This document shows, piece after piece, positions 61,682 to 64,000 of a DNA stretch of 64,000 bases (its first letter is position 1; the number at the start of each line of letters is the position of its first letter). Source of the stretch: Gammaproteobacteria bacterium (GTDB lineage: Bacteria > Pseudomonadota > Gammaproteobacteria > Ga0077536); contig CAXXLL010000003.1 in assembly GCA_963662545.2 (NCBI GenBank), forward strand, positions 1,984,001-2,048,000, in the 5' to 3' direction. Position numbers and translations under genes: made by a program. A model generated the notes under the pieces. It did no database searches. It was not told the DNA's origin and was given only the letters and a program-made list of their open reading frames with translations.

Positions 61682-61759
61682 GAATTGCTTCCTTTGTGAA
61701 TTCCAACAGTTGCGATTGGGTTTATTGCCAAGATAGCGGTGAACGATCGCTATCTCTCA

Positions 61760-62140
61760 CTACCTATCCGTCACAATCTTACGATATGTGCGTTTCGACA
61801 CAATTTCATTCGTGTCATTGAACGTAAAAATGTCGATTGCATGCACATCGAGTTTCTTGGCGGCGCATTGAACGTGAATTTCGTGGATGATGCTGTCATC
61901 GCACGAATACGCTCGGATCGTTTTGTATGAAATGCCTGGATTGGATCGGAAGGTATCGTTTATCGCATTGCGTACTGCGACAATACCTTCATATTTAGCT
62001 CCGGCCGGAGCGGGACCAACGGCGAATTCCCATATTGGGTGTTTCGCCATCAGAGCAAGCGCAGCCTCTGTGTCGTTATCGTCGAATGCCTGCACGAATT
62101 TCGAAGCCAGCATTTCCCTTCTAGCTTTTTTGGATTTCAT
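61760..62140 (-). CDS. SnoaL-like / NTF2 family protein
   Basis: FVQAFD..D, G..AVR and DIFTF...IVSK.TY pattern; low GC. Confidence 0.75.
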   Translation of the reverse strand: MKSKKARREMLASKFVQAFDDNDTEAALALMAKHPIWEFAVGPAPAGAKYEGIVAVRNAINDTFRSNPGISYKTIRAYSCDDSIIHEIHVQCAAKKLDVHAIDIFTFNDTNEIVSKRTYRKIVTDR

Positions 62141-62682
62141 ATATCTCGCTCTCCACCCTCGCTCTCCACTCGAAACCGAAACTAATTCTCAGACTTGCAC
62201 GCTCCGGATTTAATTTTCAAGCTCGGACAATAATCCCAGTTGCCGGAGTTGACTGGCTGAAATGAACCTCGCTAGGTATAAGCCGAATAAACGCCCTTTT
62301 CTGCAAATCCGTCGAGTATCGCCAGGTCATCCAACAATCGTCAACCTGCGCTGCGAGGCGGTGTTGGCCGGAATTGCGCCTCGGAGTCAGCAGGAATCCC
62401 GCATTTCAGGGCGATTTTCGAGATGTTCCGACCGTTGGCACGATAGCGACCGTGCCGCGTCGCTGGGTATCGCAGCCTCGGAGTAGCATGTGGGGATGCC
62501 CGTGTATCAGGCGAACAAGCTGGCCTGGGGCGGCGCCCGACACGGGGGAAAATGCCGGGCGGCGCCGGCAGCGTCTTTACGGTCGAGGTGGGTGAGGATC
62601 TTCTCGATGACCACCGGATCCTCGATGCAGGCGATGATCTTGACGCGGCCGCCGCAAGTCCTACAGGTCTCGATGTCGATGT

Positions 62683-62729
62683 GGCCTACAGGGATGTAGG
62701 TCAGGGGCGTGAGCAGGACGCGGAAGCTT
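62683..62729 (+). repeat. 47-nt GGA-hairpin insertion (family C)
   Basis: CCTACAGGGATGTAGG hairpin plus CAGGACG and CGGAAG. Removal restores RVFNIDI. Confidence 0.8.
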
Positions 62730-62761
62730 TGAATACCCGCTTCAAGCGCTGCGCCCAGGTC

Positions 62762-62812
62762 GCCGCTCTTGCGCATCCCTGCGCCCGCGGCATTAGTGCA
62801 TCCCTGCACGTC
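62762..62812 (-). repeat. 51-nt twin GGA-hairpin insertion (family A)
   Basis: GTGCAGGGATGCAC and GCGCAGGGATGCGC hairpins. Removal restores AMTWAQ. Confidence 0.88.
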
Positions 62813-62941
62813 ATGGCTGCCCGGCGTTCGGCGGGCGTTGTGTCTTCAGGCACATCCGACGCGCCGGCCTTGCTGCCCTTGCCGCGCTTGGCCGGCGTCA
62901 CCTGCGCACGATGCGCGCTGTTGGGGGCGAACACGCCGTGA

Positions 62942-63013
62942 CAAATTTATCTGGAATAAATTTGGACAACCGAAGGTTGCCCGAAGGGTGAGGAACAGGG
63001 ATGTTCCTCATCC
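62942..63013 (+). repeat. 72-nt four-hairpin insertion (family B)
   Basis: Removal restores TRFHGV. It carries the in-frame TAA that ends ORF 62947..63990. Confidence 0.88.
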
Positions 63014-63369
63014 AATCGCGTCAGGTTGACCCTGGGCTTGGGCACCAGGGCGACCAGGCGGGCGATAAAATCCAACGGCTCGAAGATGACGTGCGTGGTG
63101 CCATCTCGGTACGGCGTCTTGAGTTGGTAACGCACGTTGCCGTTGGTCGTGAGCGACAGCCGCTTTTCCGACACCGCCGGCCTTGCAATATAGCGGCACA
63201 AACGTTCCAGCTTCTTGCGTTCATCGGCCCTGGCCGCGACCCCCGCATGCAGCGAGAAGCCAGCCACCGTGCCCACCGAGTTAGCGAACGGCTCATTGCA
63301 ACTCGGCAGGGTCTGCAGCGTGAACACCTTGCGCCCTTGGCTAGCGGCCCCACCGCGATGCGGTACGTG

Positions 63370-63421
63370 GCCGCTCCAGCGCATCCCTGCGCTCCGCGGC
63401 ATTCGTGCTTCCCTGCACATC
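63370..63421 (-). repeat. 52-nt twin GGA-hairpin insertion (family A)
   Basis: GTGCAGGGAAGCAC and GCGCAGGGATGCGC hairpins. Removal restores HSITYRIAVG. Confidence 0.85.
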
Positions 63422-63523
63422 ATCGAGTGGCCAAAGAGCTCATCCAGCGGCCCCGCTTCCCTGGCCTCCCCGGACAGATAGCGGTTCTCGGTATCACGTT
63501 CCAGCAGCCCTTGACGCTCCAGA

Positions 63524-63595
63524 CAAATTCGCCAGGAGCGAATTTGGACGCACGCCGTGCGCCCGCAGGGGGCGCGCCAAGGATGGCGCGCATCC
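63524..63595 (+). repeat. 72-nt four-hairpin insertion (family B)
   Basis: Removal restores GRFLERQG. Same architecture as 62942-63013 with different stem sequences. Confidence 0.88.
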
Positions 63596-63730
63596 AAACG
63601 CCCGACGCGGTGCGCGATGGTGTGCGTCAATTGGGTGAGTTCGGTACTCGTCGGCGCCTTCAACCAGCGAAACCGCGTGCTCGATCCATTGGCGGCATCG
63701 ACATAGACACCATCCAAAAAAATCATGTGG

Positions 63731-63781
63731 GCCGCTGCTGCGCATCCCTGCGCCCGCGGCATTAGTGCATCCATGCACGTC
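63731..63781 (-). repeat. 51-nt twin GGA-hairpin insertion (family A)
   Basis: Near-identical to 62762-62812. Removal restores the HUH motif H-F-H. Confidence 0.88.
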
Positions 63782-64000
63782 AAGTGAAGATTTAGATTGA
63801 GCGCACTCCCAAATCGTTGGATCAGCGTGACCGCGCCAGTGCGAGCCGCGGTGCAGGAAAAGCCCGCCTTTTTGATCAAGTGCGTGGCAATGCAGCGGTA
63901 AACGATGCCGAGCACCTGGCCCATGATCGCCGGACGGCTGGCAAACAAAAAACGTAATGGATACGGAAAACTCAATACCCATTGGCGCACCGGCTGCGCG

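Larger units (their letters stand above)
62274..64000 (-). mobile_element. IS91/ISCR family rolling-circle element (runs off the window's right edge)
   Basis: Transposase followed ~230 bp downstream by an ISCR-type oriIS end. Confidence 0.92.
62507..64000 (-). pseudogene. IS91 family transposase interrupted by six short insertions
   Basis: RQWVLSFP, GAVTLIQRFGSALNLN.H.H, GFSLHA, LCRYIARP, DGTTHV, R.HGVFAPN, WAQRLKRVF.IDI..C..CGG and RAPP motifs. Confidence 0.92.

Noticed and set aside
60345-62430. Integron cassette or prophage att sites
   Set aside because: The repeats are 157-bp copies of the sequence downstream of the IS91 transposase, with no integrase and no attC structure.
62942-63013. 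tRNA gene (72 nt, multiple hairpins)
   Set aside because: No acceptor stem pairing the ends, no TTCRA T-loop and no anticodon arm geometry.

Overview
A 64-kb, roughly 60% GC bacterial chromosomal segment. Gene content and repeat families suggest an uncultured gammaproteobacterium (inference). It is dominated by catabolic and housekeeping-accessory genes: SDRs, acyl-CoA enzymes, M20 hydrolases, amidases, flavin monooxygenases, a P450, an EF-G paralog, AlaX and CinA. It also holds many MITE/REP-like elements, a truncated IS3 and an IS91/ISCR element at the right end. Four signals are not explained by the ORF track. (1) The IS91 transposase gene is interrupted by six 47-72 nt structured insertions of three families. 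All carry GGA-loop hairpins matching the CsrA/RsmA binding consensus, the 72-nt pair shows clear covariation, and precise removal restores conserved motifs including the HUH motif. (2) An unannotated Rdx/SelW-type selenoprotein gene (CxxU, in-frame UGA plus SECIS-like hairpin). (3) A ~200-nt rod-shaped structured RNA between a sigma70-like promoter and the EF-G paralog. (4) A Rieske oxygenase / NicX-like / maleate isomerase operon that looks like a variant maleamate (pyridine-ring) pathway. Several genes are broken by small indels or a stop codon, which could be real decay or assembly error. All product calls come from motif recognition by eye; no database searches were run.
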